Of a DNA stretch of 64,000 bases, positions 46,991 through 60,911 are shown piece after piece (the stretch's first letter is position 1; each line of letters starts with the position of its first letter). The notes beneath the pieces were generated by a model, which saw only the letters and a list, made by a program, of their open reading frames with translations, was not told where the DNA came from and made no database searches. Made by a program: the position numbers and the translations under genes. Where the stretch lies: assembly GCA_030704615.1 (NCBI GenBank), contig CM060731.1:87482001-87546000 (forward strand), given 5' to 3'. This DNA is from Takakia lepidozioides (taxonomy: Eukaryota > Plantae > Bryophyta).

Positions 46991-47559
46991 ATCTGTGGCC
47001 GGTATTGATGAAATACCGCAAGCCAAGACTACCCAACATCTCCTACGTTTCTGCATCTTGCTCAATCTTCCTCAAAGCTGGGCTGATTCTGAAACCCACT
47101 TGCGCATAAGGACCCGGTGTCTTCCAAGTGGTGTAGACAACAATTTCCAGTTTGCGGAAGAGGAAGTGTGGGGAGCCTTTCTAGGTTTGAGTAGGGGTTC
47201 TGCCCTTTGGGCTTCCACTCTTACTTCTCTCGAGGTTTCCACGGAGGTAATTCTATCATGCTGTCCTCCTGGGTTTAAAGCGCAGTTAGCTTTAAATGCT
47301 GGGCCCGCGCTTACCAAGAAGCACTTGGCTTCTGGTAACGGTTTTGGATGTATTTCATCCTTCTGCTTGATTTTCTTTCATCGGTGTTTTCTTCGTGGTT
47401 CATCCTGGATTTGGTTGACAGTTCACTACAATACAAATTGGGCTTTTCGACTCTGTATTTGACTCATTTTTGAGTCGTTTGCGACATTTTAACTCCCAGC
47501 CTCCATAGTCGAACATGCATGACAAAGGTCGAGTCGTTTCAGTCAAGCAGTTGAATCCA

Positions 47560-47792
47560 GATGTCAGGTTCTGATAGTGAAATGTGACAGTAAAACCTAA
47601 GGGGTGACGTGTAGTAAAGTGATTGTACCACTGTATGACGTGGCTATGACGTGGCTATGACATGGCTATGATGTGTAGTAAAGTGGTTTAACTGCATTGT
47701 GACATGGATGCATGACATGTAGTAAAATGGTTCTACTGTAGTATGACGTGGATGCATGACGTGTACCTAGTATATATATATATATATATATA
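47560..47792. repeat. Degenerate TGACGTG-rich minisatellite followed by (TA)n
   Basis: Repeated tgacgtg(g/t), tagtaaagtg and gctatgac units. TA run at 47771-47792. Confidence 0.7.
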
Positions 47793-48189
47793 TGAATTGG
47801 GGAGGCTTTTTGTTTAATGTTTGGTTTTATTGTTTGTTTTTTCATTTACTTTTCATTTACTTTTCATTTTATATCTATATAAATGTGAATTAGTGGGTTT
47901 TGTATTTAAATTTATTGATTCGTTGCACTGCATTGAAAATATATTACAAATACAGCAAAACATAGAATACAAATACTTGGCAGGACCCAAAAGCATTTGG
48001 CTGGCTCAAAACTAGTTTATATCAAGAGTGTTTTTCAAACAAGTTTTGGCCACATTCTACAGATGACCAACATGAGGGCCATGTTGCCATATCCATAGAT
48101 CACTGCCCAAGTGAAGTCATTGAGTAAGGAAAATCTGATGTGCAGCTAGGTAAAGCACTATCGTGGACATGTCAAGAGAACAAAAGAAA

Positions 48190-50010
48190 TCATTTAGAGA
48201 ATGAATTCAAGAACTTGTAGTTCTTGAGAATGGTGGTGCCAGCTACCATGTCACCCAAAGTGACATCCACTTGATCTAGGGCTGCCTCCACATACATATC
48301 CACCAAGGCAGTGTCTAGAGTGACATCTAGTGATACAATTCCAGCTTTGACGACGTCACCATGGACCTTTGTGCCCTTTTTAGGGCTGCCAGGCTCACAT
48401 TTGCCGTAGATGTACACCAAGGGAATGTTCAGAATGACATCTGGTACAATTCCAGCTTTGATAATGTCACCATGGACCTCTTTGCCCCTTCCTAGGGCTG
48501 CTAGGCTCGCATATGCATATTACAAACACAAATAAATATGACCTGGCTGGCTTCATCCCTTCCCACATCATTTGCTCTTAGGTTTCCAAAGCCTTAATCC
48601 CATACCCATGTTGCACATACCTTGCAATCATGGCACTCCAAAACACCACATCTCGTTCAGCCATATTGTCGAACTCTCCCTTCGCATCAGGCTTGCAGCA
48701 CCCACATTTGGCATACATGTCCACCATGGCAGTGTTCAGAATGACATCTGGTACAAATCCAGCTTTGACGATGTCACCATGGACCTCTTTCCCCTTTTCC
48801 AGAGTTCCCAGGCTTGCACACGCATTGCAAACACAAACAAAAATTAATTTGGTTGGGCTTCACCCTTTACGCAGCAGTTGCTCATAGGTCTCCAAGGCAT
48901 TCCTGCCACACCCATCCTTGGTAAGTCTTGCCAACATTATATTCCACGTGATCAAAGATCGTTGAGGCACTCTATGGAAAACTTGGTGAGCATCCATGAC
49001 GCTCCCACACTTAACATACATGTTGACAAGGGTGTTGAGTAGAAAAACATTTGGCATGAATCCACTTTGGATAATGTGAGTGTGCACCTGTTTCCAGCTT
49101 CCAGACCTTTCATCTTGATGCACTTAAGCAAGAGATAGACATATGTATCTGAATCTGCTGAAATGCCTCGTTGGTTTAAAGTCTGTAGAGCCTCTGTCAG
49201 TCTGCCTGCCTCACAAAGCATCTTCACATGCTCAGCATCCTTGCCTTGCTGCTAGCACTTGACAATGACAGCCTAGATTTGTTCTAGGAAACACCCAACT
49301 CAACTTATCACATTAGTTCACTATGGTCAATTGCATCTACTAGTCTCTGTAATCCAACTGGCATTCACATTTTTGCCTTGATTGTCCCACCATTGATTGG
49401 GGTCAGAAAAGTATTCATTCTACAGCTTCTCCTCATCTCAGCTATTACCTGATACTTCCCTATTGTCACATTGGCAGTACCATGTCAAAGTCGCTCCAAA
49501 CTATCAAAGGCTCACTCAACCAGCTAACTTGCAGAATTCAACATGAAAATTTAGGGCCGATTCTTATAAGAGGGAAAAACAGGGTGAAATGTGTTGAAGA
49601 AGGTGCCTTCATTAGCAGTGCTTGAGTATATCATTGTGCCGCTGCTGCTGCGGCTTCCAGTTGACCATTTACCCATGCAGGTTTCTTGTAGCTATTGATC
49701 CATCTGGTACATTTCCAGCTTTGGTGATGCAACCATGCACCTCTTTGCCCTTTTCTAGGGCTGCCAGGCTTGCACACGCACTGCAAACGCACACAAACAT
49801 GATGTGGTTGAGCTTCACCCCTTGCCCCATCATGCTTTCAGGTCTCCAAAGCCCCATCCGGCGCCCTTGCTCTGCACACCCTGCAAGCATTGCGTTCCAC
49901 GACACCACATCTCATTCAGCCATAGCTTTGAACACTCATCCTCGATGCACCCACATTTGGCATACATGTCCACCGGGGCAGGGGTAGTGTTCAGAATGAC
50001 ATCTGGTAAT
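48190..50010 (-). pseudogene. PLS-class PPR pseudogene fragments
   Basis: MLCEAGRLTEALQTL...TYVYLLLKC; FLLNTLVNMYVKCGSVMDAHQVF; VSWNAMLAGCA...ACASLAALEKGKEVHG. Many frameshifts. Confidence 0.85.
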
Positions 50011-51480
50011 CTGACCGACATTCACCTTTTAGAATTGTTCCAGCAAACGCCCCACCCCTACTGACTTAGAGGCTGTAGTGTCTAAAGCCATGTCCATTTC
50101 CAGAAAATTGTCTGATGAAAATGAAGTTAGGCAGAAAACTTCCCTGGACTTGTTTCCGGTCTGTGAAATGGGGGAGGACATCATGGATGACCTCAAGGGT
50201 CTACCCACTCTGGGCACCAGACTGAAGTTTAAACTGAGGGCAGGAATCCTACCTTTGAATAGCAAACAGAAGTAGAGAGGAAAGGAAGAGTGCAATTGCC
50301 ACTACAACAGATCCCGACTTTAATGTCTGCCACATTTGCCCAGTCGTAGCATATATGTCTACAAAATGCGAGGGGGCAGTCCTGGTTGCCATTTGTGACC
50401 ACCAAAAGTCGTATATGCCACCTTGTACTTCCGCCACGTCAGGATATGCGGTCAAACACGTTTGACTAGATAGGGGAAGATGGTAGATACGACTAGGAGT
50501 CATGGCCAAAACTGCAACAGGATGACGTGGGCATGGGAATGTATAATTGCCCGTATTCACGACTACACGTGGCGATTGCCGGTTGCCCAAGGAGTGTCTA
50601 CGTGGACGATGCAAACATAAATGGATGAAACAGATGCATGATGTGATTGCAAATGACGACGTGTCACATTGCTCGGGGGCACTAAGCCACACCCTGTGAA
50701 TGAAGGAATGAATGGATGAATGAATGATTAGGATGAATTAGGATGAGTGAACTAGGATGAATTAGGATGAATGTGCTCGAATTTACGGTTGCTAGGTCAT
50801 AGTGTTAAGTATGAGGATAATAAGTAGTAAAAATATTTAACTACTATTTCACTGACCCAGCAGATTAACAGTAAACTAATCGACTGCTGGTTAAGGTTAG
50901 TGAAACAAAATGACTGTATTATCTCAACGAATGATACACAAACGCCTTGCTGGCAACTATTGGATGAAGGTATCAAACATAACTTTTGTGCACTGGATGA
51001 ACGTATGAACGAATGATACAACAAATGCCTTGTTGGCAACTATTGGATGAACATAGGAACAAAAAATAATGCAAACGCTGAGCTGGCAGTATTGGATGAA
51101 CTGACAGTGAAACTCATTTAAATATTCATTTTGGATGAATGGATGAAATTAAAATGGCCAAAAAATGGAAAAACAAATGAATGGATGGATGTATTGATGG
51201 AAAACCCAAAATCCATCCATCTATCGCTACATTCATCCATCCAGTCATGAGTAGAGGGGACTTAGCGATTTTTTGTCTCCCCTGCCATCTGTTTGTTTTC
51301 TTTGTGTCGAGTTTGATCGTGAGAGACAACAAACAGGACGGAGCTATGTTTGCTTTCTTATAGTGTTGAGTCTGATCATGAGAGACATCGATCAGGGCAG
51401 AGCTATGTTTGTTTTGTTTTAGTGTCGAGTCTGATCATGAGAGACGACGAGCGGAGCTGGTGGGATAGGGGACGGACATG

Positions 51481-51570
51481 GACTCAAACCCTAGAATCGG
51501 GGCATGAAGATGTGGTGCACGATGTGGCCATCGACTACTATGGGAAGCGGCTGGCCACCTTCACAAGCCA
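51481..51570 (+). pseudogene. SEC13: SEC13 N-terminal WD40 fragment
   Basis: TQTLESGHEDVVHDVAIDYYGKRLAT matches the characteristic SEC13 N-terminus. Only about 30 codons are present. Confidence 0.75.
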
Positions 51571-51625
51571 ATTGGTGATTTGGGTCTCCGGGTCCAAAAT
51601 TGTGTTTGCAATGCGTGTGCAAGCC

Positions 51626-52582
51626 TGTCGCGCGGCTTTTACTCACCCATCCCTTCGCTATTCGAGGCGGAAACTCCAAGATAGAAGAGTTGGAAATCTC
51701 TAAGTACTCAGCCCGCGCAGAACAATCAGTCATGACCTACAGCTAGTGTATCATGGGGGTGTTTCCTATTTGTTTCCCTTTTGGTATTCATGTTAGCTAT
51801 CTTACCATTGATAATTAAGTATCAGTTTGCTTTATCAATCTATTGGATTCCATCAGCTCATCCATTCATTCCACAGCTTCACTCAGATCTCTCTACACAG
51901 TGTGATTGTATCGTAAAAGTATCCGATTATGATTTATCAGGTATCAGGCCGAAGCCATTGTGTCTCTAATCTGCTCTACAATATCATTACAGCCTTGCAT
52001 ATATCAAGCATCTACTCATCATCTCTCTATCTTCACTTCCGTTCTTCATCTCTGCCCGATCCCCTCTCCTCTATCACCAAGAAGTCCTCCTCCGAATGAT
52101 GTCCCTCAATTCCCCCGTTTCTCCCTTTATCTTCCTATCCGCGGTTCTAACCGTTTCCCTCACTAACCGTCGTCTGTGAACTAACATGTTCCCTTCGCAG
52201 GTGTTGTTCCCACAGTCGTTCCCTGTCCTACTCTTCGTTCCCTATGATCGTGACAGCTGTGTCAAGCTGTGACTGGCTGTGTGAAACTGTGATGGGCTGT
52301 GACTGGCTGTGCGACTGTGTTTGGCTGTGTCGGGCTGTGACTGGCTGTGTGGCTGTGCCGGGCTGTGTCGGCTGTGTCGGCTGTGTTTGCTGTGACGACT
52401 GTGACGGGCTGTGTTGGCTGTGTTGGTTGTGACGACTGTGACGGGCTGTGTTGGCTGTGTTGCCCCCCTCTACAGTGCGCTGCTGTCACCCCTAAGGCTC
52501 CTGTTGGTCTCAGTCTGTGCAAAAATTAAGGGTACCCTACAGATCCCGTATAAGTGTCTAAGTCCCCGACAGTCCTCTAACA
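51626..52582 (-). repeat. 3' LTR of the Gypsy element (957 bp, TG...CA)
   Basis: The first 166 bp appear identical to 63835-64000. On the minus strand the PPT GAGGGGGAAGGGGTAA (52583-52598) directly precedes TGTTAGAGG. Confidence 0.85.
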
Positions 52583-52906
52583 TTACCCCTTCCCCCTCAA
52601 AAAGCCGTGTCCTCACGGTTTACTGATTTCGACTAGCAAACCTTTGTGAGTGAGCACCTTCTTGACGTTGAGAGTTTCGTGGCGGACTGTGTGTACGAGC
52701 CCGAGGTCTGTCTCTGGTTGACGGAGATGGTTGATCACTACCTGGATAAGTGAGGCCCTCTGGAGGCTGATATCGAGGTAACCTTTCCGGCATAGAAGAT
52801 CCCCTTCGCTTCTTCTCTGCCATCTGAACTGCATAGTCTTCTCCCATGTCAAAAGAATTCGGTGAAGAAACAGTTGTATCAGAATCCTCATCGCCTCTCA
52901 GGTGTT

Positions 52907-55900
52907 TTAATTTTGAACTTTTTGTGGAATCATCTGGGGCATACAATGCTGTCCTACCATGTCTGGAAGTTTGTATTTTACAACTTGGTGTAACCGCTGA
53001 ACAGCAAAATTGGTGTAGACACTGAGCTCCTTGTCTGTCCAGGTGAGTGGGGTACCAATTACTGGTGCAGCGTCCAAGTATTTCCATGCCACATGTCCCT
53101 TATAGAAAATGTCATCAATGCCGAATTTCTGTGTTGACAAATGGTTCCAGGCCGCTTGAAACCATGAACGAATTTGAGAATCCTTTTGCATCATAACTTT
53201 TGGGTCATATAGGTACATATGAGGTGGCACCGAAGGTAATACCCAATGATCTCCACTGGAATAACTCAGAAAGCGTGTTTGCATCTTTTGTTGCTCAATG
53301 TGGTAACGTACCAGAAAACAAGCAGCGTAGTATAACCCGCACCCCATGACAATACTTGCTATCTCCTTGGTCTTGGTATAAATGAGTCCATGTACAACCT
53401 GGAAAGCAATCAATTCCCTCAACATGGTACCTGCCTCGTGCCAGTATTGTGCAAAGTGATGATCTTCAATATGTCGATTGTTCGGAAGAACTTTAGTCCT
53501 AGTTGCCACTGGCAGCCAAATACGCATGATTTGGTAGTAATGTGCGAATGACTGCGGAGGACTAAATTCTTTCCAAGCCAAATCCAACATGATGGGAATT
53601 TGGTTGAAGGGCATAATCATAGCCCTACTGTACTCCCTTGCAGCTGGAGTTTTAGGTGGGTTAAAAGCGGCATTGCCCCATACCTCCGGCTGTGGTGGCT
53701 GTGGTGTGGTTGTAGTAACCACAGGTTCAGCTACTGGTACAGTGACTTGTTGTGGTGGTGGTGGTACTGGCTCTTGTATCATTGGCATCCCTGCCCCTCC
53801 TGTGAAGACTGAAAAGCCAAAGTTCTGGCTTGTAAATAAGAAGCCATTAGCTGTTCCTGAGGGATATAGACTCTTTGGTCGATGTTTGAAGTGAGGTCTT
53901 CCACTTGAGTCTGCAGTCCGTCTACATCCTCTTGTAACTCTGCTATCCTACTATAGACATTGTCTATAGTAGTTGTGGCAATGTTCTGCACCTGCAGCCT
54001 GAGCTCATTCATCTCGCTTTGGGTGAGCTTCCGTGGTGCTTTGCCCTCTACTGGCCCTTGTGCTAACCAGACCTGCATAAGGCTGTTATCCACCAAGTTG
54101 CTTGTGGTCCCCTGAGAGTTTGCTCCTCTCTTAGCTTGTACAATTCCAACTGCTGTTGTAAAGCCTCCATGCGCTTCGCCTGAGGTTCAACCAATTGCGC
54201 ATAAGCAGCAAGTAGATTATTGGCTTCCTTCCAAGCCTTGTTATTGACCGCGATTTCATTTCTATTGGCCATGATGGTTTGTTGCAACTCCACGATGTGC
54301 TTCTCTTGATCAGCTTCAATCTGCCTGTATTGCTTGAAAGTATCTTCATTGCGACAGATTGTATTCTTCATATCGACAATGAGCTTCATTTGCTCAACAT
54401 TCTCTTCTTCTGCCTTCGTACATTTTTCCGCTTGACTGTTTATTTCTTTTGTAGATTGGTCAAGCATAGTTGTGAATGTAGCACATTGTATCGCCATCCT
54501 GTTATGCACTGTCTGCAACTCCGTATGTAGTGCATTCAGTTCTTGCAACTTGCTTTCATGCTGCACCTGCATTTGGTATAGCTGTTGCTTATGTGCTTCG
54601 TGCAACTGGTCTTGCGCGAGGCCTGCCTCAATCAATTGTTCCTTGGCCAATTGCAAAGCCATTTCTGTATTTCCCAAGTCCTGCTTCATCTTGAGAGTGA
54701 CCTCTTCATCGACCTTGTTTGCACACTCAGTGGCTAGTCGAGCCTCAAACTCCTTCCTGAGTTCCTCTCTCAAGGCTGTCAATTGGGTAATTGGAACATG
54801 GGATTTGACATAAGTCCCCAACAAATTAAGTGTCCTGCCTATGGAACTCATCAGCATTGCCTGTTGAGGGTCATCATGGTGAGGTTGCTGCTGTTCCTCC
54901 TGATCTTCAACAGTGTGATGTCTCACTAACCATTCAGGCCATTGTCCCACCGGATTTTCTTCCTGAACTACTTCATCTATCACCGGTGCTACAGTGTCAT
55001 GACCTTCCGCCTGTGGTACCTCCGACACAGGTGTGTGTATTATATGCACCTCAGGATTTCCCTTGGGCAACTGTTGCACCTCTGGGATCTCTGTCTCCTT
55101 GACCAGACCAGAATATTCATAGAGAAGGTCCCCCTTCTCCATTTCTGCCACTATCTGTTCTGTAGTTGGAATATCTAACCCTTCACTTTCCAAATCAATT
55201 ATTTCTGGTTGAGCTGCATGGATAACTTGTGACCTTGTGACAAGTCGTTCAGGTGGCTGTGATGGTTGTGATGCAGAAGTAACTTCCTCCTCCCTCTCTG
55301 AAGGTCCTGCTTCCAGTAATAGCATTTCTCTGTGCTGCTGTGCCCCTTCCTGGCCATGAGCTTGGGAAACATTATCATGCGGAATCCGTGAAGCCAGTGG
55401 ATCCGCCACTACAGTCTTTCCCCGTCTCTGCCTCTTAGTCTCGGGTTGCCCTGCTAGTCCACCCTCACTGTGTGAAGAGCCTTGCTCTTCCATTGCAGTT
55501 GTTTCTGGCTCAAACACTCCCATTTCCTTCTTTCTTGTGCATCAAGTATGCCAGAATCAAGGATTATTTGAGCAATGATTGGGCCAGACACTATGATAGG
55601 AGACTTTGCGGTAGTACCTTGTAATCTTTTCATCTCCTCTACCAGTGCGTTGTACATTATGTCCGCCCATTGTACCTCTTGTCCCTTCAGGCCTTTGAGT
55701 ATTTCCTCCGTGAAGGATCTGCTCAAATACTGTTGGTTCTGTTTCATGGCAATCAGAACGTTCAATACCTGGCCTACCTCTTTTAACCCTGGGTACACAG
55801 CCTTGGTACAAGCATAACCCTGAGTTTTAAAGAAACTCCCTTCTTGGAATAAGTCCTATTTGCAGTCTTGCCCTGTGTTGCCTCCACATGCACCTGACCT

Positions 55901-56382
55901 GCTGGCAATCGAAACAATTGCTGGAGGTATAGGGGAGTAATCATTAATTCAACTCCCTTCACCGTTGTTGTTCCTGTCCTTGGCTCAAAGTTCTGCAAAA
56001 ATTGTAACATGTACTGTCTATGGTGTAGTGTCCAATCTAGGCTTTGCAATCCTTGCAATCTCAGCTCCTCCAGTATCTGTATCGCCTGTGGGGTAGCAAT
56101 CGTTTGTTTCTGCAGAATTGTGGTGCTCTTCACCCTGATTTCCTCCATTCCTCTCACTCTCTTCATTTTAGACTCACAGAACTGTTTTGGCTGTAACAAC
56201 TGCAGGAATGCCTGTAGTGCACAAAGCATAAACGTATGGTTGCCGCAGAAAGCTATGGGTAATTTCTTGTAAGCCTGCGGGGCTTGCAAGCATCGCTCAA
56301 GAGAAAAGCTCCGCTCTGTCCTTTCGTGTCTATGCCACTGCGTAAGTAATATTGCGAGCGTATAGTCTGTTAGTTCCTCCAT
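52907..56382 (-). CDS. Retroelement accessory ORF region downstream of pol (env-like position; coiled-coil protein), in 5 frames
   Basis: Overlapping ORFs 55783-56382, 55454-55798, 54063-55523, 53779-54096 and 52907-53788. The N-terminal part QFLQNF...TVKGVELMITPLYLQQLFRLP resembles plant retroelement accessory domains. The middle is Glu/Gln-rich and heptad-like. Confidence 0.6.
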
Positions 56383-57004
56383 AGTTTCCAAGTTATAGCA
56401 TTGATGGTCTGTCCTGTCGAGACGCCCGTTACTCAGAACGACGCCGCCTCTTGCGCTCAATTTCCCTCCATTTTCTTGATCCTTTCTCTGGTTTTCTATT
56501 GGCTGTATCCGCTGTGACTGGATTTTAGATTTTATCTTCTTTAGTGGACTTTCCCTGTTGGATAGTCCACTAGGATCACACATGTGACAAGAATTCCGCT
56601 TTTCTGTACTTGCCGTTCGTTCCGTTTCCCTTTTTCCGTACTCATTAATGGGCCCGCCTTTCATCCCTTTTGACGGCCGTTCTTGTCCTCTTTCTTTTTG
56701 ACACCTGTTCTTGCACTTCCTTCTCGGCTGTGTGTCGCGCCCTGACCTCCACGTGTCTATTTTTAAAGTAATTTCCGTTTCCTCTTCCGTCAGCCATTTT
56801 CCTGAAGTTATTATGTGTCCACTTGTCACTGATTCTATGGATCGTGTAACTTTAGTAGGCTGTGTTGAGCTGTGACAGGCTGTGTCATACTGTGTTACGC
56901 TGTGATAGGCTGTGATGCACTGTGGTAAGCTGTGATAGGCTGTGACACGCTGTGGTAGGTTGTGATAGGTTGTGTTGCGCCGTGCTGGGCTGTGATAGGC
57001 TGTG

Positions 57005-60000
57005 TCACGCGTGATGGCTGTGATAGGCTGTGTCACGTCGTGATGGGCTGTGATAGGCTGTGCTTTGCCTTGATGGGCTGTGATAGGCTGTGTCACGTTT
57101 GTTTTGCCCACCCTGGTCATATATGCTGGGCCTAGCGACAAGTGCTCCATACTCCGTTCGTAACACTGGTGCAGCCCGTGACTGCTCTTGCGGTTCAACA
57201 TGCAAATCATGCTGCAAGGGTTTGTCATGGATACCACTGTACCCCTTCAACTTATTTGCATTGACTCTTCCCAGCATTTCTTTGTTAATGGTTTGTAACA
57301 TGGCGGTGTTGTTATCATACATCTTTTGTATGACATAAGGTCCTTTCCATGGTGATTTAAGCTTAGAAGCTTGAATCTTTCCTTTCTTCTGCAACCATAG
57401 AACCAAATCCCCCGTCTTAAAAGTCTTTAACTTGCCTTCATCAAACTGTTCCTTTCGCTTCATCTGAATTCTGGTCATATTATCAGCTGCATCAGCACGT
57501 ACTTCTTCCACATGGTATAATTCATGTTTCCTGACCTTGATGGAGTCTTGCAATTCCATTCTCTTTCCCCACTCCGTTCTCATGGTAGGTAACAGGAATT
57601 CCACTGGAAGTAAGGCTTCCATACCATAAACTAATTGGAATGGTGTATACTTAGTGGTGACTTTATATGAAGTCCTGTATGACCACAAAGCTGTCAGCAG
57701 CTTTGTATCCCAATCCGTTCTGTTTGCATTGACTATCTTAGCCAAGATAGTACATAGTATTTTGTTGGTAGCCTCTGCCTGCCCATTACCCTGTGGGTAA
57801 TATGTTGTACTCTTTCTATGCACAATCATAAACTCTTTAGTCAACAACTCAATGGTCTCATTCATGAAGTGACTTCCTTGATCACTGATAAATTCTAAGG
57901 GACAGCCAAATCGTGTAAGTATGTTCTCGTACAGGAACCTTGCTGTGGACTTGGCTGTGTTGTCCCTCAAAGCTTTAGCTTCCACCCACTTTGTAGTATA
58001 ATCAGTGGCTGTAATTATGTACCTGTTTCGTGTATTCTTGGATGGTGGGTTAATTGGTCCAACAAAGTCTAGTCCCCATTTCTGAAATGGTTCCGTAGGC
58101 ATTGTAGGATGCAAGGCCATCCTTCCAGATCTCTGCAAAGGTCCTAGCCTCTGACATTCATCACACTTCTGACAATACTCGTGTACATCTTTGAACAAAG
58201 TAGGCCACCAGTATCCTGCGAGTAGTATCTTTCTACTGGTAGTCTCTTCTCCAAAATGACCTCCAGCCACTCCTTTATGAACTTCCGCCAAAACTTTATT
58301 CACTTCATGGTGGTACAAGCATCGTTTTAGTACTCCATCAGGTCCTAACTTATACATTCTGCTTCCTACCATAGTATAAGGTAAAGCTTTGATAGCGATT
58401 CTCTTCCTCTGCTCCTTACCATAACTAGGTGGGCACTGACCATGAGCAAGGTAGTATCTGATTGGCCACTGCCAATCTAACCAGTCATCTGCACTTCCCT
58501 GCACCTCCACTGCAAAGAGACTCGCATCTGGTAATTGATCATCTATTCCTGTGGCTGGTTCTCCTGTTGACAATCGTGACAAATGATCCGCCACAAGATG
58601 CAGTCTCCCAGGCTTGTAAACAACCTCGAACTCAAACTCGTGCAAGATTATCAACCATCTTGCTATTCTTCCGCTTATCAGAGGTTTGTTTACCAGGTAT
58701 ATCAGAGCCTGGTGATCCACATAGAACATAAACTTCTTGCCCAACAGGTAATGCCTGAATTTCTTCACTGCATAGATCATTGCCAATGCTTCTCTTTCCG
58801 TTGTGCTATAGTTCCTCTCAGCACTGTTCATCAACCGGCTAGCATAGTACACAGGTGAATCTATATTCCCTGTAACATTCTGGGCTAACACCGCTCCCAA
58901 CGCTTCTCCTGATGCATCGCAGTGAACATGGAATACTACATGCCAGTGAGGGTTAATCAGCACAGGTGTAGTTGTTACTGACAGTGTAAGTTCCTCAAAC
59001 GCCTGTTGACATTCAGCTGTCCAGGCAAACACTGCATCTTTCTTCAGTAGTTTGCTCAATGGTGCTGCTATTTGTGCATACCTTTTGACAAATCTCCTGT
59101 AATAACTGGTTTGCCCAAGGAATCTCGTAGACTTTTAACATTCACTGGTGGTGGAGAGGCTTTAATGGACTCTGTCTTTCTGGGATCCACAAGGAGTCCC
59201 TTCTTACACACAATGTGTCCCAGAAGCACCCCTGAGTTCACACAGAAAGTACACTTCTCTGGATTCAGGCCCAGACCTCTCATCCTGCATCTGGCCAAAC
59301 ATAACTCCAATTTATGCAAGTGCTCACTCTTAGAGCTGTACACACTGAAATCATCCAAGAATACCTGCATGAAATCATCCAGATACTCATGAAAAGATTC
59401 ACTTATCACTCTCTGAAAGGTCGCTGGTGCATTACAAAGTCCAAAGGGCATGACTTTGTATGCATAAGCCCCCCAGTCTGTGATGAAAGCTGTTTTCCCT
59501 TGGTCTTCTTCTGCCACTTGCACTTGATTATAACCACTGAAGCCATCCATGAATGAGTACATCTCATGGCCTGCCACAGTGTCTAATACTGCTTCTGTGA
59601 ATGGCAAAGGGAAAGGATCTTTCTTCGTACAAGCATTCAGCTTCTTATAGTTCACACATACTCTTAGTTTGCCATTCTTCTTGGGAACTATACAATGGGT
59701 GACAACCAAGTTGTATACTCTATTGGGTATATAAACTTAGCCTCAGCCAACTTCTTTATCTCTTCTCCAACCTTCTGTGCGTAGTTGGGATTCATTCTAT
59801 ACCTCGCCTGCTTGATTGGTACTGACCCTGGTTCCAGTTCAATCTTATGCTGACAGACTTCAGGTGGTATCCCTTTTAGATCCTCATAGCTCCAAGCAAA
59901 TACATCTCTGTATTTGATGAACAAGCTTTTAGCTTCTTCGAAGAATTCCGGCTCCAAATCAGCTCCTACTTTCACCATCCTCGGTTCCTCTTTAGTTCCC

Positions 60001-60784
60001 ACATTTACTTCTCTCACCTGCTCATCAGCTGTGATTGTCCAACCAGTCACCACTTCATCCTGTAAGCTCACAGTGGCTGGTTCTTCTAGGATTTCTATTT
60101 CTCCTTCTCTTTCTTCATAGAAATGTGATGGGTAAATGCTGGTTTCCTCTTCAGTTGGTGTTGCTGTCACTACACCACAGCAGATACCTCTCAAACAACT
60201 TAGGCTTTCCAGCCGCATCTCTGCAACCTGCTCCCACTCTGGGTGTGCAGCAAATAGGGTAGCTTCCTGCTCCTCATCCAGTCCTCCATTCCAGTCATAC
60301 TCTCTGACTCCTCGAGGTCTTCTTGTAGCAGGTAATCTACTAGATTTCTTTGTGGTAATTTGTATCTCGTGTATCCCATTATGCACGGTTAGTAACTGAG
60401 AATTCCAGTCATGGAATACCCTGGCCTGTTTCAGCCACGGACGTCCCAATAATAAGGAGTAAGCCTCCATGACTTCATCCATTTTAATACAGTTACTGTG
60501 ATCATAAAGATCATTTTCTGTATCTGTATCTTAACTCCTCTTATTAATCCCAATGGCTGCACACTTCTTTGATCTGCCATTGTTACTGTAAATGGGGCTG
60601 GTTTCATGTTACTTAGACCAAGCTTCTTCCTTAATTGGTCTGTCATGATATTTACTCCAGAACCACCATCTATCAGTACATCAGTTAGTTCTGTGCTTCC
60701 AATTCTCAATTGGATTACTGGCATAGAATCATCAAAGTCCATGACTGTTTCTCGCCCTTCCGGCTTCACATTATAACTGGTCAC
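57005..60784 (-). CDS. pol: Gypsy pol (protease, RT, RNase H, integrase), frameshifted
   Basis: VLIDGGSGVN; YKVMPFGLCNAPATFQR...VFLDDF; HCDASG...NYSTTEREALA; H..GGH...CDEC; GLDFVGP...SDQGSHF...GQAEATNK. No chromodomain. Confidence 0.95.
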
Positions 60785-60911
60785 CTTGCTGTTCAGGTCT
60801 GTGTTTCCTGTCTCTGGGCAATTCGATTGATTGCTTGATACAGCCTGTGCCTACAATAAGGTGCCACAGCTAATAGCTGTCCAATGGTAATTTCTGCTTT
60901 GGTCTGACATA

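Noticed and set aside
47740-47775. Helitron 3' end (CTAG followed by T)
   Set aside because: No clear GC-rich hairpin upstream and no identifiable 5' TC end; evidence is insufficient.
52251-52255. LTR boundary at TGACA (630-bp LTR)
   Set aside because: No polypurine tract is adjacent. The canonical PPT plus TG lies at 52582-52598, giving a 957-bp LTR.
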